From the human T2T-CHM13v2.0 reference genome, Homo sapiens: a stretch of DNA of 64,000 bases. Below are positions 15,584-27,297 of this stretch, in pieces. The position numbers and the translations under genes were made by a program. Under the pieces are notes generated by a model that was given only the letters and a program-made list of their open reading frames with translations, searched no databases and had not been told where the DNA came from. The stretch's first letter is position 1; every line of letters starts with the position of its first letter. The stretch lies in NCBI RefSeq assembly GCF_009914755.1, contig NC_060928.1, one strand, 5' to 3'.

Positions 15584-17660
15584 TTGTTTTATTGGTTTTC
15601 TGTTTTCTATTTTATTTATTTCTACTCTAATCTTTGTTATTTCTTTCCTTCTGTTTGCTTTATGCTAAATTTCTTCTTCTTCCTCTAGTTTCTTAAGGTG
15701 GGATGTGTGGTTACTGATTTTAGATCTTTCTTCTTTTCTAATCTAGGCATTCAAAGCCATAAACATTCATTAAGCACTGCTTTAGCGGCATCACACATAT
15801 TTGATATAGTGTATTTTCATTTCCATTTAGTTCAGTATATTTTAGAATTTCCCTTGGTACATCTTTAAATTATCACAGTCTACCTTTAAGTGTTATTATA
15901 CCATGTGTACAGTATAAGAACCTTAGAACAATATATTTCTATTGTTCCCCTCCTGGCCTTTGTGCTATTGTTGTCATATGTTTACTTTTGCATATATTGT
16001 AAACTTCAAAACATACTGTCATCAGTTTTGCACTAAACAGAGTATTTTCTTTTGAAGAGTTTAAATATTAAGGAAAAGTGATATTTATATGTACTCAATG
16101 TAGTCACCATTTCCAGTTCTCTTTAGTCTTTTGTGTAGATTCAAGTTTCTATCTGGTATCATGTTCCTTACTCTTGAAGTGCTTACTTTAACATTTCCTA
16201 TAATGCAGGTGTCCTGGTCATGAACTTCTTCAGTTTTTTTTTTTTAATATCTGAAAACGTATTTTGTTTTTATTTTAGAAAGCTATTTTAACTGAATAAA
16301 TAATTCTAGGTTGACATTCCTCCCTCCTTGTGTTCTTTAATGGTTTTGCTCCACTGTCTTCTGTCTTGTATTTTTTTTGAAAAGAAATCTGCTTTCTTCA
16401 TTTTCTTTGTCTTGTCTATATAACATGTCCCCCGGCCCCACCTCATTGCTTTTAACATTTTATCATTGGTTTTAAGCAATTTGGTTATCATGTGCCTTGG
16501 TAGTTTTCTTCATGTTTCTTGTGCTTTCGGTTTATTCATCTTGTATATTTGAGCTTACAGTGTTAGTCAAATTTGAAAAAAAAAATTTCTTCAAATATTT
16601 AGTGTTTGCTCTTTCCTCTCTCACTGGAGACTCAAATTACACACATATATATGGAGATTGTGTCTTCTTTTTTACTTTTTTTGTTTGGTTTTTGGTAATC
16701 TCTATCTAGTGCTGCACCTACCAGTTCATAGCCTTTTTCCCCTTTTGAAATGGCTAATCTGCTGTTAATTCCATTCAGTGCCTTTTAATATTGTGGACAT
16801 TGTAGTTTTCTTCTCTAGAAGTTTGATTTTTATCTTCTTAAAATGTTATACTTTTCTACTTACTGTTTTCAATGTTTCCTTTATTTGCACAAAGGTAATG
16901 CATTTATAACTTCTAATGTCCTTGTCTACTAATCCTATCATCTGTGTACTTTTTGGATCAGTTTCAATTTATTGGTTTTTCTCTTTCTCCTTACGGGTAT
17001 ATTTTCCTGTTTCTTTGCATGCTTGTTATTTTTTTTTTTCCATTTGCAAAGTTATTTTCTTTTACTCTCTTTTTTTTTTCTTTCTTCTCTTTTTGTAAAA
17101 GGAAACCATGGTCTTGGGGGCTAGAGCGGAGTTTTGCATGCCTGGTAATTTCTGATTGAATTCTAGACATTGTAAATTTTACCTTGTTGGGAGGTGGGTT
17201 TTTTAAATATTCATAAGAATTTTAGTATTTATAAAAATATTTTTGAGTGTAATTTTGAGGTGTGGTTAAGTGTTTTGGTAACAGTTTGATCCTTTTTAGT
17301 CTTGTGTTTAAATTTTCTGAGGTGAGACTAAGGCAGTGTTTTGAATAGGGTTGATTTTTCCACTCTATTGAGGTAGGGCCCTTTTTAGTACTCTACCTAA
17401 TGCCCTATGAATTATGAGTTTCCACTCTGGCTATTCGGAGGAGGCACTATTCCTGGCCCTTTGTGAGCTTTGAGTATTATTTGCTCCATTCTTTTTAGGT
17501 GCTTTTCTTTGGTCTTGTGTGTTTTCTTCACGTGTGAATATTTGGCAGCCACTTTTCCGTCACACACAGGGTTTTCTCTTTGTTTGAATCCCCACTCCCT
17601 CTGTCTCTGTACAGGGGAGCTGTTTTATTCTTCTTTCTTGCCTATTAAATTCTCCATGCC

Positions 17661-17786
<126 letters not shown>

Positions 17787-18126
17787 GGACCTTCTGCAAA
17801 TTTTAAAGGTTTTCTCCCTGGGAACTTTATTTATTATCTCCAGTACTCTACCCTGCAAACTGTAGCCACTTTGACTTTCCCATACTCCTAGCTCTGTCTT
17901 CTCAACTCAGGGAGTTTGTAGGTTCTGCCTAAGGTTTCCATTGCTGTGACCTGTGAACTTTTTCCAGTCAATAAGTTGGGAGCAATCATAGGGCTCATCT
18001 TATTGGTTTCCCTTTTCTCAAGGGTCATTGTCTTTGATTCAGATGTTCAGTGTCCTGAAAGTTGATGCTTTATATATTTTGTTTACTTCTTTTAGTTTAG
18101 TTTTTTTGTTTTGTTTTTTCCAGACA

Positions 18127-18563
18127 TGTCTTAGTCCATTTAGTATTGCTATAGAATTTAGTATTGCTATAGAGGAATGCCTCAGGCTGGATAATTTATA
18201 AAGAAAAGAGGTTTATTTGGCTCATGGTTCTGCAGGCTGTACGAGAAGCATGGCACCAGCATCTCTTTCTGCTGAGGCCTATAGTAAGCTTTCACTTGTG
18301 TAGAAGGTGAAGGGGAGCTTACATGTAGAGATCACACGGCAAGATGAGCAGCAAGAGAGAGATGCCAGGCTCTTTTCAGTCACCAGTTCTTATGGGAACT
18401 AAGAGTGAAAACTTACTCACTCCTGGAGAATGGCACCAAGCCATTCATGAGGGATCTGCTGCCACAATCCAGACAGCTCTTACCTAGGCCCTACCTCCAA
18501 TATTGGGGATCAAATTTCAGTGAGATTTGGCAGGACCAAACAAACCATATCCAAACTATAGCA
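18127..18563 (-). mobile_element. MSTB-type MaLR solo LTR with 5-bp TSD AGACA
   Basis: tgtcttagtccattt...ttatttggctcatggttctgcaggctgtac...ccaaactatagca; AGACA at 18122-18126 and 18564-18568. Confidence 0.9.
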
Positions 18564-19087
18564 AGACAGAAAGGTAAATAAATGTTACCTTTTTTACTTT
18601 ATGATCAGAAACAAAGGTCCTTATTTATCCATTTTTGAAAGTCCCATATTTAATGATTTACAGCCATGCCACAGCATAGGACATATTCACATGTCCCGTG
18701 TTAAAATTGCTGTCTGAATTTCATGTACTCTTTAGAGAACTGCTTTGCAGTTTTAAGTATACATTTTTAGGAAAAAAAAGCTTATTAAGAATGAAATTTC
18801 TTCTCGTTTTGATCCTACAGAAAGAGGAATGCTCTAAGGTAAAATGGGGCATGATGCTAAAATGGGAAAAGTAGGGTAGATTGATGAAACTTAATCTGAA
18901 AACTAGCAGCAGATGTTTGAGAACTCCATCATAGGCCTGAAATAAATTTAAGGATAAGTTTAAAGGTTTGGTATAAAGTTTTCTTTAATGTCCTGGGTTG
19001 AATGTAGATGGAGAGTGGGGGGAGGTGTGAGTTCTGGAGAACTGTTAATTTGTTTGTAATTTTATTACCTATCTGTCTGTGCATCTG

Positions 19088-19550
19088 TCTTCATTGGGGT
19101 CCCCAAGACCACTCTCAGGCTTGATGATTCACTAGAAGGACTCACTGGACTTGGAAGCTGTTACACTCATGGTTATGATTTGTTAACACTGAAAGGATAC
19201 AGATAAAAATAAGCAAAGGGAAAAGGTGCATGGGTAACGTCCAGAAGAAACCAGGTACACACTTCTAGATGTCCTTTTCCAGTGGAGTCACATGGGAACA
19301 CACTTAATTCTCCCAGCAACTATGTGTGACAACAGGTGTGAAGTCACTACCAAACAGAGAAGTTCACTTGAGCCTTAGTGTCCAGAATTTTACTGGAGGT
19401 TAGTCACGTTGGTATACTACAGTGCTGGCGTGACTGACCTCAGCTATCCAGATTCCAGTACTTCCCAGGGCAAAAACAAGCATTCACCATAAATCACACT
19501 GTCAGTATAAACTTATCTGGTCAGATTGGTACAGCATGGCCCAAGGTACA
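19088..19550. mobile_element. MER21/MER77-type LTR fragment
   Basis: ggggtccccaagaccactctcagg...gattcactagaaggactcac...gaaaggatacagataaaaataagcaaagggaaaagg. Confidence 0.65.
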
Positions 19551-19599
19551 TACATACTGGGATATTGTGCCTGATACTTGTTTTTATATGCACCAGTAC

Positions 19600-19910
19600 A
19601 TACCTCTCTAGTTTACTAACTCCATACTTTATTTGGATTGAATTAGTTTTTCCTCTAATGTCCTTTGTCTGTTTGAGGATCCCTTGTAGATTTTCACATT
19701 ACATGTGGTCATCATGTTTCTAGGTTTCTCTGGGCTGTGACAATTTCTTTTCTTATTTTTGATGGCCTTGACGATTTTAAGGTGTACTGGTCAGGTCTTT
19801 TGTAGAATGCTTCTCAATTTGAGTTTGGTTGATGTTTTCTTACGGTTTGACTGGGATTGACGGTTTTGGGAGGAAAACCAGACATGAAGTTCCAATTTTC
19901 ATCACAGTCT
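19600..19910 (-). mobile_element. L1MC-type 3' UTR fragment
   Basis: ccttgac...tactggtcaggtcttttgtagaatgcttctcaatttgagtttggttgatgttttct. Confidence 0.55.
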
Positions 19911-20329
19911 AACTAAGGTATAATATATATTTTGAACCTTTAATTATCTAATTTAAAAATCTCCTGGCCCTTCAGAAATACTTAATCAGATTTTAGGCCA
20001 TTATGGTGCTTATATGCCAGATTTGTTCTCAGTGGCTTTTCTTATCTGATAACTTTTAATTAATAGGCAGCCTTCTTTGCAGTGGTGTCAAGATCACTGT
20101 GCACAACTTCATATCTTTCTGGAGACAACAGGGAAAGGAAGCCAGAAGGGAGAACAGTAATTGGTCAAGTTGCAGATTAGGGAAGCTAAAATTGGTCTCT
20201 TTTACTAGATTAGAATCTGGAGTAAAACTCCAGTCTGGCCCTTCAGCATAACTTTTCCATTATTCACATATGCCTCTCTTCCTTCTACAAGCCAAATTAA
20301 AATTTAGTATTAGGGACTCCAAATGGTAC

Positions 20330-20655
20330 AAACTCATTCATTCTCTTTAATTGCCTAACTCCTACTCATTCTTCATATTGTTGCTTAAATGTCAGACCTT
20401 TTAGGAAGCTATACTTGACTTAGAGGACCCTCAAGGCCTGTCATGGGCTCTTGTAGTATTCCGTATAATTTTTTGTCTAGTCCTTAATTTAAGTATTAGT
20501 GTATGTTTTAATGTATTTTTTTTCCCAGACTGTAAGCTCCACAATGTAGAGACCGTGTCAGTTTTATTCATTTTTGTATTCTTAGAGCCAGGCCAAGCAT
20601 TCAAAACAGCCATGCAGTAATATGAATATATCTGAATCAATGAGTGAATACATAA
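20330..20655 (+). mobile_element. L2 3' remnant
   Basis: agactgtaagctcc...ttattcatttttgtattcttagagccagg...tgaatcaatgagtgaat. Confidence 0.6.
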
Positions 20656-21924
20656 ATAATTGAGAAAATGAATGGATATTAGATATTAAAACCTTTACCA
20701 ACTCTACTTATAGCAGCCTGACTCTAGTTAACCATAAATACACACTTGTAACGCATGGGCCCCACACTTACCCTAAGTTATAAAAATGGTACAATTAGGT
20801 AATTTCTACCCTAAGACAGTCAGTTTTTGCTCAGCGATCTAACCACGTAGGCTTGCTTACTTCTGAGACTTGCTTGACCTATCTCATTGAACTCGCTCTG
20901 TGCCTGAGATACATGTCCAATTTCTCAAGGCAAGTTCTTCTTCCAGAATTGTCTTGTGACATACTTTGAGCCAATTCCCTAGTTGGTTCTGTACCAGTAA
21001 ACTCATACCCCCAGCTATTACATGTAGCACATTCAACATTCAGGGACAAACTTTGATGTAAGTTAAACTTTTTTTTTCTTTTCTAAATATTGCCCATTAA
21101 GACTGTGTTTTAAGGATTGTTTTCTAATACTTTCTTCACTCTTTATCAGAGGTTTGTCCTCCTACCTTTTGCCTTCAAACCAAAACATCAGTAACAGTCC
21201 TCTTTCCCCAACATCTTTGTTCTCTGGCCAGCATTGATTATTCTTCCCCATGGGGGAGCTTACTTTCTAGTCTATACCTCAGGACACAGAATCTGAACTG
21301 CTTTTAAAGTTTGCTTATATGAGTTTGCTGAGCTTTCTGACCCAGAGATATCTTCTGTCTTTGCCTCGCATTTAATAAACATTTGGAACATCCCTTCAGC
21401 CAGTCTTGGCAGAGTAGGCTTTTTATTTCCATGTATACAAAAACTTTATTATCAGCTAACCATCAAAGGAAATCAGAGAAAATGGTTTGAACTTATGACC
21501 CAACTATTTGGACAGATTAGGGCTAGGAAATGTAATGCAAGGCATGTATGTATAGACTTTGTACACTTTTACATATTGGTTTCACTCGCGTCCCTGTGAA
21601 GAGACCACCAAACAAAGACTAGGGAGGGACCGACGTGTTAAAGAATGCCTGGACGTCAGGCACCTCAGACCGTTTGCCCATTTTATGACAAGAATTATCT
21701 AGATCTTGTAGGATGGAAAAATCGAAAGTGCCATTTTCTGGCTATTTGGAACCACTGTCAAGTTTATATTGGGGTCAAGCGGTGTTGGAGAAGAAAATAA
21801 AATGCTTAGATTTTAGATCAGGTGTGAGCTGAAGAGGTTTTAAGGTCTTGAGAACACAGGCTAAGGGAGAAGAAGGAGGAATGGAGGGTGGAAGGTTGCC
21901 TATAGTGAAGGAGCAAGTCCAGAG

Positions 21925-22565
21925 AAAAGAGAGGGTAGAGACAGAGTGAAGGGGTGGGGGGTGCTTGCCCCCCTGGAAAGTGGAGAGAAAAGAGAGGGTA
22001 GAGACACAGAGAGAAGGGGTGTGGGGTGCTTGCTTCCCAGGAAAGTGGAGAAGGGGTGGGTAGAGACATGGAGAGAAGGGGTGGGGGTTGCTTGCCCCCC
22101 AGGAAAGTGGAGAAGGGGTGGGTAGAGACATGGAGAGAAGGGGTGAGGGGTGCTTGCCCCCCAGGAAAGTGGAGAAGGGGTGTGGGGTGCTTGCCCCCCA
22201 GGAAAGTGGAGAGAAGGAAGGGTAGAGACATGGAGAGAAGCGGTGGGGATGCTTGCCCCCCAGGAAAGTGGAGAAGGGGTGGGTAGAGACATGGAGAGAA
22301 GGGGTGGGGGGCGCTTGTCCCCCAGGAAAGTGGAGAAAGGGTGGGAGGTGCTTGCCCCCCAGGAAAGTGGAAAAGGGGTAGAGACACAGAGAGAAGGGGT
22401 GGGGGTGCTTGTCCCCCAGGAAAGTGGAGAAGGGGTATGGGGTGCTTGCCCCCCAGGAAAGTGGAGAGAAGGAAGGGTAGAGACACGGAGAGAAGGGGTG
22501 GGGGATGCTTGCCCCCCAGGAAAGTGGAGAAGGGGTGGGGAGAGACACAGAGAGAAGGGGTGGGT
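21925..22565. repeat. G-rich tandem array in the HERV-H leader, 11 copies of the GGAAAGTGG-containing unit (mixed ~37 and ~60 bp units)
   Basis: Eleven ggaaagtgg cores counted, each preceded by a gcttgccccc-type motif. Confidence 0.9.
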
Positions 22566-23041
22566 GAGCAGCCAAAGCAGGTGTCTCCACAATTGACTTG
22601 CCACCAAGGGAATGTGGGTGAATGACCAAGGCAGGCCTCCCTGCGGTGATCAGACACCAATGAAATGTGGGTGAATAATCAGGCAGGCATCCCCGCAGTG
22701 ATTAAACACCGAGGGAAGACTGTCTTCTCAAGTCTGTGACCGGCGCTGGAGTTTTCGGTCCACGGATAAAACGCATCTCCTTTGTCTCTACCAGAAAAGG
22801 AAAGGAACTGAAATTAAGACAAGGGCGAGACTGAAGTGTGGCACCAAGATTGAAAGGAGAAAGAGATTGAGGGTTAGTGAGAGAGGTTGGAGAAGAGAGT
22901 AAAGAGGCCGCTTACCGACTTTAAAATTGGTGAGATGTTCCTTGGGCTGGTTAGTCTGAGGACCAGAGGTCGTAGGTGGATCTTTCTCATGGAGCAAAGA
23001 GCAGGAGAATAGCGGACTGATCTCCCAAGGCAGGCCCCCCT

Positions 23042-23059
23042 ATCCGAGTCACGGCACCA
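23042..23059 (-). promoter_or_regulatory. tRNA-His primer binding site of HERV-H
   Basis: The + strand reads ATCCGAGTCACGGCACCA, the 3' 18 nt of tRNA-His including CCA, immediately inside the 5' LTR. Confidence 0.9.
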
Positions 23060-23061
23060 AA

Positions 23062-23468
23062 TTTCACTCGTGTCTGTGTGAAGACACCACCAAACAGGCT
23101 TTGTGTGAGCAACAAGGCTGTTTATTTCACCTGGGTGTCGGCGGGCTGAGTCCGAAAAGAGAGTCAGCAAAGGGAGATAGGGGTGGGGCCGTTTTATAGG
23201 ATTTGGGTAGGTAAAGGAAAATTATAGTCAAAGGGGGTTGTTCTCTGGCTGGCAGGGGTCAGGGGGTCACAGGGTGCTCAGTGGGGGAGCTTTTGAGCCA
23301 GGATGAACCAGGAGAAGGAATTTCACAAGGTAATGTCATCAGTTAAGGCAGGAACAGGCCATTTTCACTTCTTTTGTGATTCTTCAGTTACTTCAGGCCA
23401 TCTAGATGTATATATAGGTGCAGGTCACAGGGGATATGATGGCTTAGCTTGGGCTTAGAGGCCTGACA
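23062..23468 (-). promoter_or_regulatory. LTR7-family 5' LTR (promoter pointing antisense to AFG2A)
   Basis: TATAAAA at 23198-23192 and AATAAA at 23126-23121 on the - strand; LTR7 U3 motifs (ccttaactgatgacatt). Confidence 0.85.
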
Positions 23469-23531
23469 ATTGGTAACCTTTTTCACCTGACCACATGTAT
23501 GGGTTTAATACTAACTCTCCAACTTTTTTCT

Positions 23532-23801
23532 TTATTTTTATTTTATTTTACTTTAAGTTCTAGGATACGTGTACAGAATGTGCAGGTTCTCAGCAAACTA
23601 ACACAGGAACAGAAAACCAAACACTGCATGTTCTCACTCATAAGTGGGAGTTGAACAATGAGAACACATGGACACAGGGAGGGAAACATCACACACCAGG
23701 GCCTGTCGGGGTTGGGGGGCAAGGGAAGGGAGAGCATTAGGACAAATACCTAATGCATGTGGGGCTTAAAACCTAGATGATGGGTTGGTAGGTGCAGCAA
23801 A
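23532..23801 (-). mobile_element. Short 5'-inverted (twin-primed) L1PA7/8-type insertion with 16-bp TSD
   Basis: Reverse 3' end at 23532-23588 joined to a forward 3' UTR segment at 23589-23801; TCTCCAACTTTTTTCT at 23516-23531 and 23802-23817. Confidence 0.9.
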
Positions 23802-25298
23802 TCTCCAACTTTTTTCTATATTGCCCATCTTAACCTCCTACCAGCTTGTCCCTCTGTCACTTTTACCCCTTCTGTTGTTTTACTTGTAAGATAATACAAG
23901 ATAAATATATGTCTGCCTATTAATTTATTTCTTTACCAAGCACCAAACATATGTAATATAGAAGGTACTATGTTAGGAAGGTCCTAGTCATACACACATA
24001 TAGAAAAAATAGTTTAGTTATTAATTACTCATGCCTCAAATTATCAAGAAAAGTAATCAAAACTCATTTAAACATTTTTACTATTAAAAATGATTTCTTC
24101 TAGTTTTGGGTCATTTGGTTATGTAGTATTCCATATGATTGACTTAAAATTCACTTAAGAAGCTTGTTAAACATATACTTAGCTCCTGGGCTTAGGGGTC
24201 AATCAGTAGAATCCCCTCTGTCTTCCCTCTGTTTTTAGTTTCCTTGTTTTTAGTTTCTATATTTTCCATATTCCTTTATCTTTCCCAGTTCTGCTATGCC
24301 ATGGTAAGAATTGCAGGAGTTACTAAGCAGTTTTCTTAAATATTCAAAGCATTTGCTGGTGATTATAGGGAAGTTATTCAAGGAATTTGGTAAATTAGAA
24401 AAAGCAAAATATTTTCATGATGTATGAAGAATTTTGTAGGCGAGTTTTATGCTGTTGTCATATCTGAGTCTTAATTTTTGTTACTTTTTTAAGTTTCCAT
24501 TTTTTATGAGTTTTTTTTCTTATACTTGTTCATCTGACAAAAGTAGGTAGTTTTTTAAAAGCTCATTGTGTAAATGGTTAACCATTTTTAAGGTGAATTA
24601 AGACATACATTTTTGTAATCTAAGGGAAGTTACTTGGATAATTTATTATATTTATAAGGTTTGACTTCATGCATAGCCAGATCTGAGGACAGTGCTAAGT
24701 GTGATTGTAATGTAATTATATTTTAGAAATTGAGCTAAGATTTTAATATAACCATTAAACTGATTATTGAAATCTATACAGTTTGAAAAAAAATTACCTT
24801 TAAGTTGATAATATTTTTCATGTTTTTTTCAGATACCTATATTTTTTAAACTTGACTAATTCCCATCTTAATGTCTTTACTTATTAAATATGACATCTAT
24901 GAACATCTGGCCCTCTTAGCTATTATATGTTTAGTGAGGTTCTCAATGTTATTTACTAAAGAGCAACAAATCCCAACAAATCAAGAGCAATTAGTGGCCC
25001 AGTTTTGGTGTATAGTTTCTTATATTCTTTCTAATCTAGTTTTTTAGCTTTCTGTACTCCCATCTGTGAAATTGTTAGATGTTTTCAACCTAAGCTTGCT
25101 TATGGAAAATGGAAATAAAACAGAAAGAGGGGAAAGGCTGGGAGAAAAGAGAAGCAAAGACCTCTTTGAATACTCAGCCCTTCCCACTCACCCTGTGCAT
25201 AGCACTTCACATTTTTACTTGTCTGCACAATCTGTCTGCTTTTCATTGGTTTTCAGAGTCCTCGAGTGATTTTTGTATTTTGTCTGACATTTTTCTTT

Positions 25299-27297
25299 CT
25301 TTTTTTTTTTTTTTTTAATTGATCATTCTTGGGTGTTTCTCACAGAGGGGGATTTGGCAGGGTCATAGGACAATAATGGAGGGAGGGTCAGCAGATAAAC
25401 AAGTGAACAAAGGTCTCTGGTTTTCCTATGCAGAGGACCCTGCGGCCTTCCGCAGTGTTTGTGTCCCTGGGTACTTGAGATTAGGGAGTGGTGATGACTC
25501 TTAACGAGCATGCTGCCTTCAAGCATCTGTTTAACAAAGCACATCTTGCACCACCATTATTCCATTTAACCCTGAGTGGACACAGCACATGTTTCAGAGA
25601 GCACAGGGTTGGGGGTAGGGTCACCGATCAACAGGATCACAAGGCAGAAGAATTTTTCTTAGTACAGAACAAAATGAAAAGTCTCCCGTGTCTACCTCTT
25701 TCTACACAGACATGGCAACCATCCGATTTCTCAATCCTTTCCCCGCCTTTCTCCCCTTTCTATTCCACAAAACCGCCATTGTCATCATGGCCCGTTATCA
25801 ATGAGCTGTTGGGTACACCTCCCAGATGGGGTGGTGGCTGGGCAGAGGGGCTCCTCACTTCCCAGTAGGGGCGGCCGGGCAGAGGTGCCCCTCACCTCCC
25901 GGACCGGGCGGCTCGGGTGGGGGGCTGACCCCCCACCTCCCTCCCGGACGGGGCGGCTGGCCGGGCAGAGGGGCTCCTCACTTCCCAGTAGGGGCGGCTG
26001 GGCAGAGGCGCCCCCCACCTCCCGGACGGGGCGGCTGGCCGGGCGGGTGGCTGACCCCCCCACCTCCCTCCCGGATGGGGCGGCTGGCCGGTGGGGGGGG
26101 GGACTGACCCCCCCCACCTCCCTCCCGGACGGTGCGGCTGGCCGGGTGGGGGGCTGACCCCCCCACCTCCCTCCCGGATGGGGCGGCTGGCCGGGCGAGG
26201 GGCTGACCCCCCCACCTCCCTCCCGGACGGGGCGGCTGGCCGGGCAGGGGGCTGATCCCCCCACCTCCCTCCCGGACGGGGCGGCTGGCCGGGCAGAGGG
26301 GCTGACCCCCACCTCCCTCCCGGATGGGGTGGCTGCCGGGCAGAGACGCCCCTCACTTCCCAGACGGGGTGGCTGCCGGGTGGAGGGGCTCCTCACTTCT
26401 CATATGGGGCGGTTGCCAGGCGGAGGGTCTCCTCACTTCTCAGACAGGGCGGCTGGGCAGAGACGCTCCTCACCTCCCAGACGGGGTCGCGGCCGGGTAG
26501 AGGTGCTCCTCACATCCCAGACGGGGTGGCGGGGCAGAGGCGCTCCCCACATCTTAGACGATGGGCGGCTGGGCAGAGACGCTCCTCACTTCCTAGATGG
26601 GATGGCGGCCGGGTAGAGGTGCTCCTCACTTCCTAGATGGGATGGCGGCCGGGCAGAGACGCTCCTCACTTTCCAGACTGGGTAGCCAGGCAGAGGGGCT
26701 CCTCACGTCCCAGACGATGGGCGGCCAGGCAGAGACGCTCCTCACTTCCCAGACGGGGTGGCGGCCGGGCAGAGGCTGCAATCTTGGCACTTTGGGAGGC
26801 CAAGGCAGGCGGCTGGGAGGTGAAGGTTGTAGCGAGCTGAGATCACGCCACTGCACTCCAGCCTGGGCACCATTGAGCACTGAGTGAACCAGACACCGTC
26901 TGCAATCCCGGCACCTCGGGACGCCGAGGCTGGCGGATCACTCGCAGTTCGGAGCTGGAGACCAGCCCGGCCAACACAGCGAAACCCCGTCTCCACCAAA
27001 AAAATACGAAAACCAGTCAGGCGTGGTGGCGCACGCCTGCAATCGCAGGCCCTCGGCAGGCTGAGGCAGGAGAATCAGGCAGGGAGGCTGCAGTGAGCCG
27101 AGATGGCAGCAGTACAGTCCAGCTTCGGCTCGGCATCAGTGGGAGACTGTGGAAAGAGAGGGAGAGGGAGACCGTGGGGAGAGGGAGAGGGGGGAGAGGG
27201 AAAGGGAGAGGGAGAGGGAGAGGGAGAGAGAGAGGGAGAGGGGGGAGAGGGAAAGGGAGAGGGAGAGGGAGAGCGAGAGCGAGAGCGAGAGCGAGAG
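25299..27297 (-). mobile_element. Full-length SVA (SVA_D-like) with 15-bp TSD
   Basis: Poly-T, SINE-R (~25317-25810), GC-rich VNTR (~25820-26775), Alu-like domain, hexamer head (~27155-27297); CTGACATTTTTCTTT at 25284-25298 and 27298-27312. Confidence 0.97.

Larger units (their letters stand above)
21580..23468 (-). mobile_element. HERV-H provirus, internally deleted: 5' LTR7-family LTR, PBS, leader, then only the last 35 bp of the 3' LTR; TSD ATTGG
   Basis: LTR begins tgtcaggcctct at 23468; 21580-21614 matches 23062-23096 at 31/35 bases; ATTGG at 21575-21579 and 23469-23473. Confidence 0.95.

Noticed and set aside
18138-18173. Short tandem duplications (18 bp here; also 42513-42560, ~45860-45900, ~60092, ~60427, ~60779)
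   Set aside because: Ordinary slippage duplications within decayed repeats.
21925-22565. Repeat-spacer appearance resembling a CRISPR array
   Set aside because: The intervening segments are themselves repeats, the context is primate ERV, and there are no cas genes.
21775-22660. Three overlapping 235-284 aa ORFs
   Set aside because: A by-product of a stop-poor tandem repeat; non-ATG starts in the cases checked and no protein homology.
23042-23059. tRNA-His-like sequence
   Set aside because: Only the 18-nt retroviral PBS; no tRNA body.
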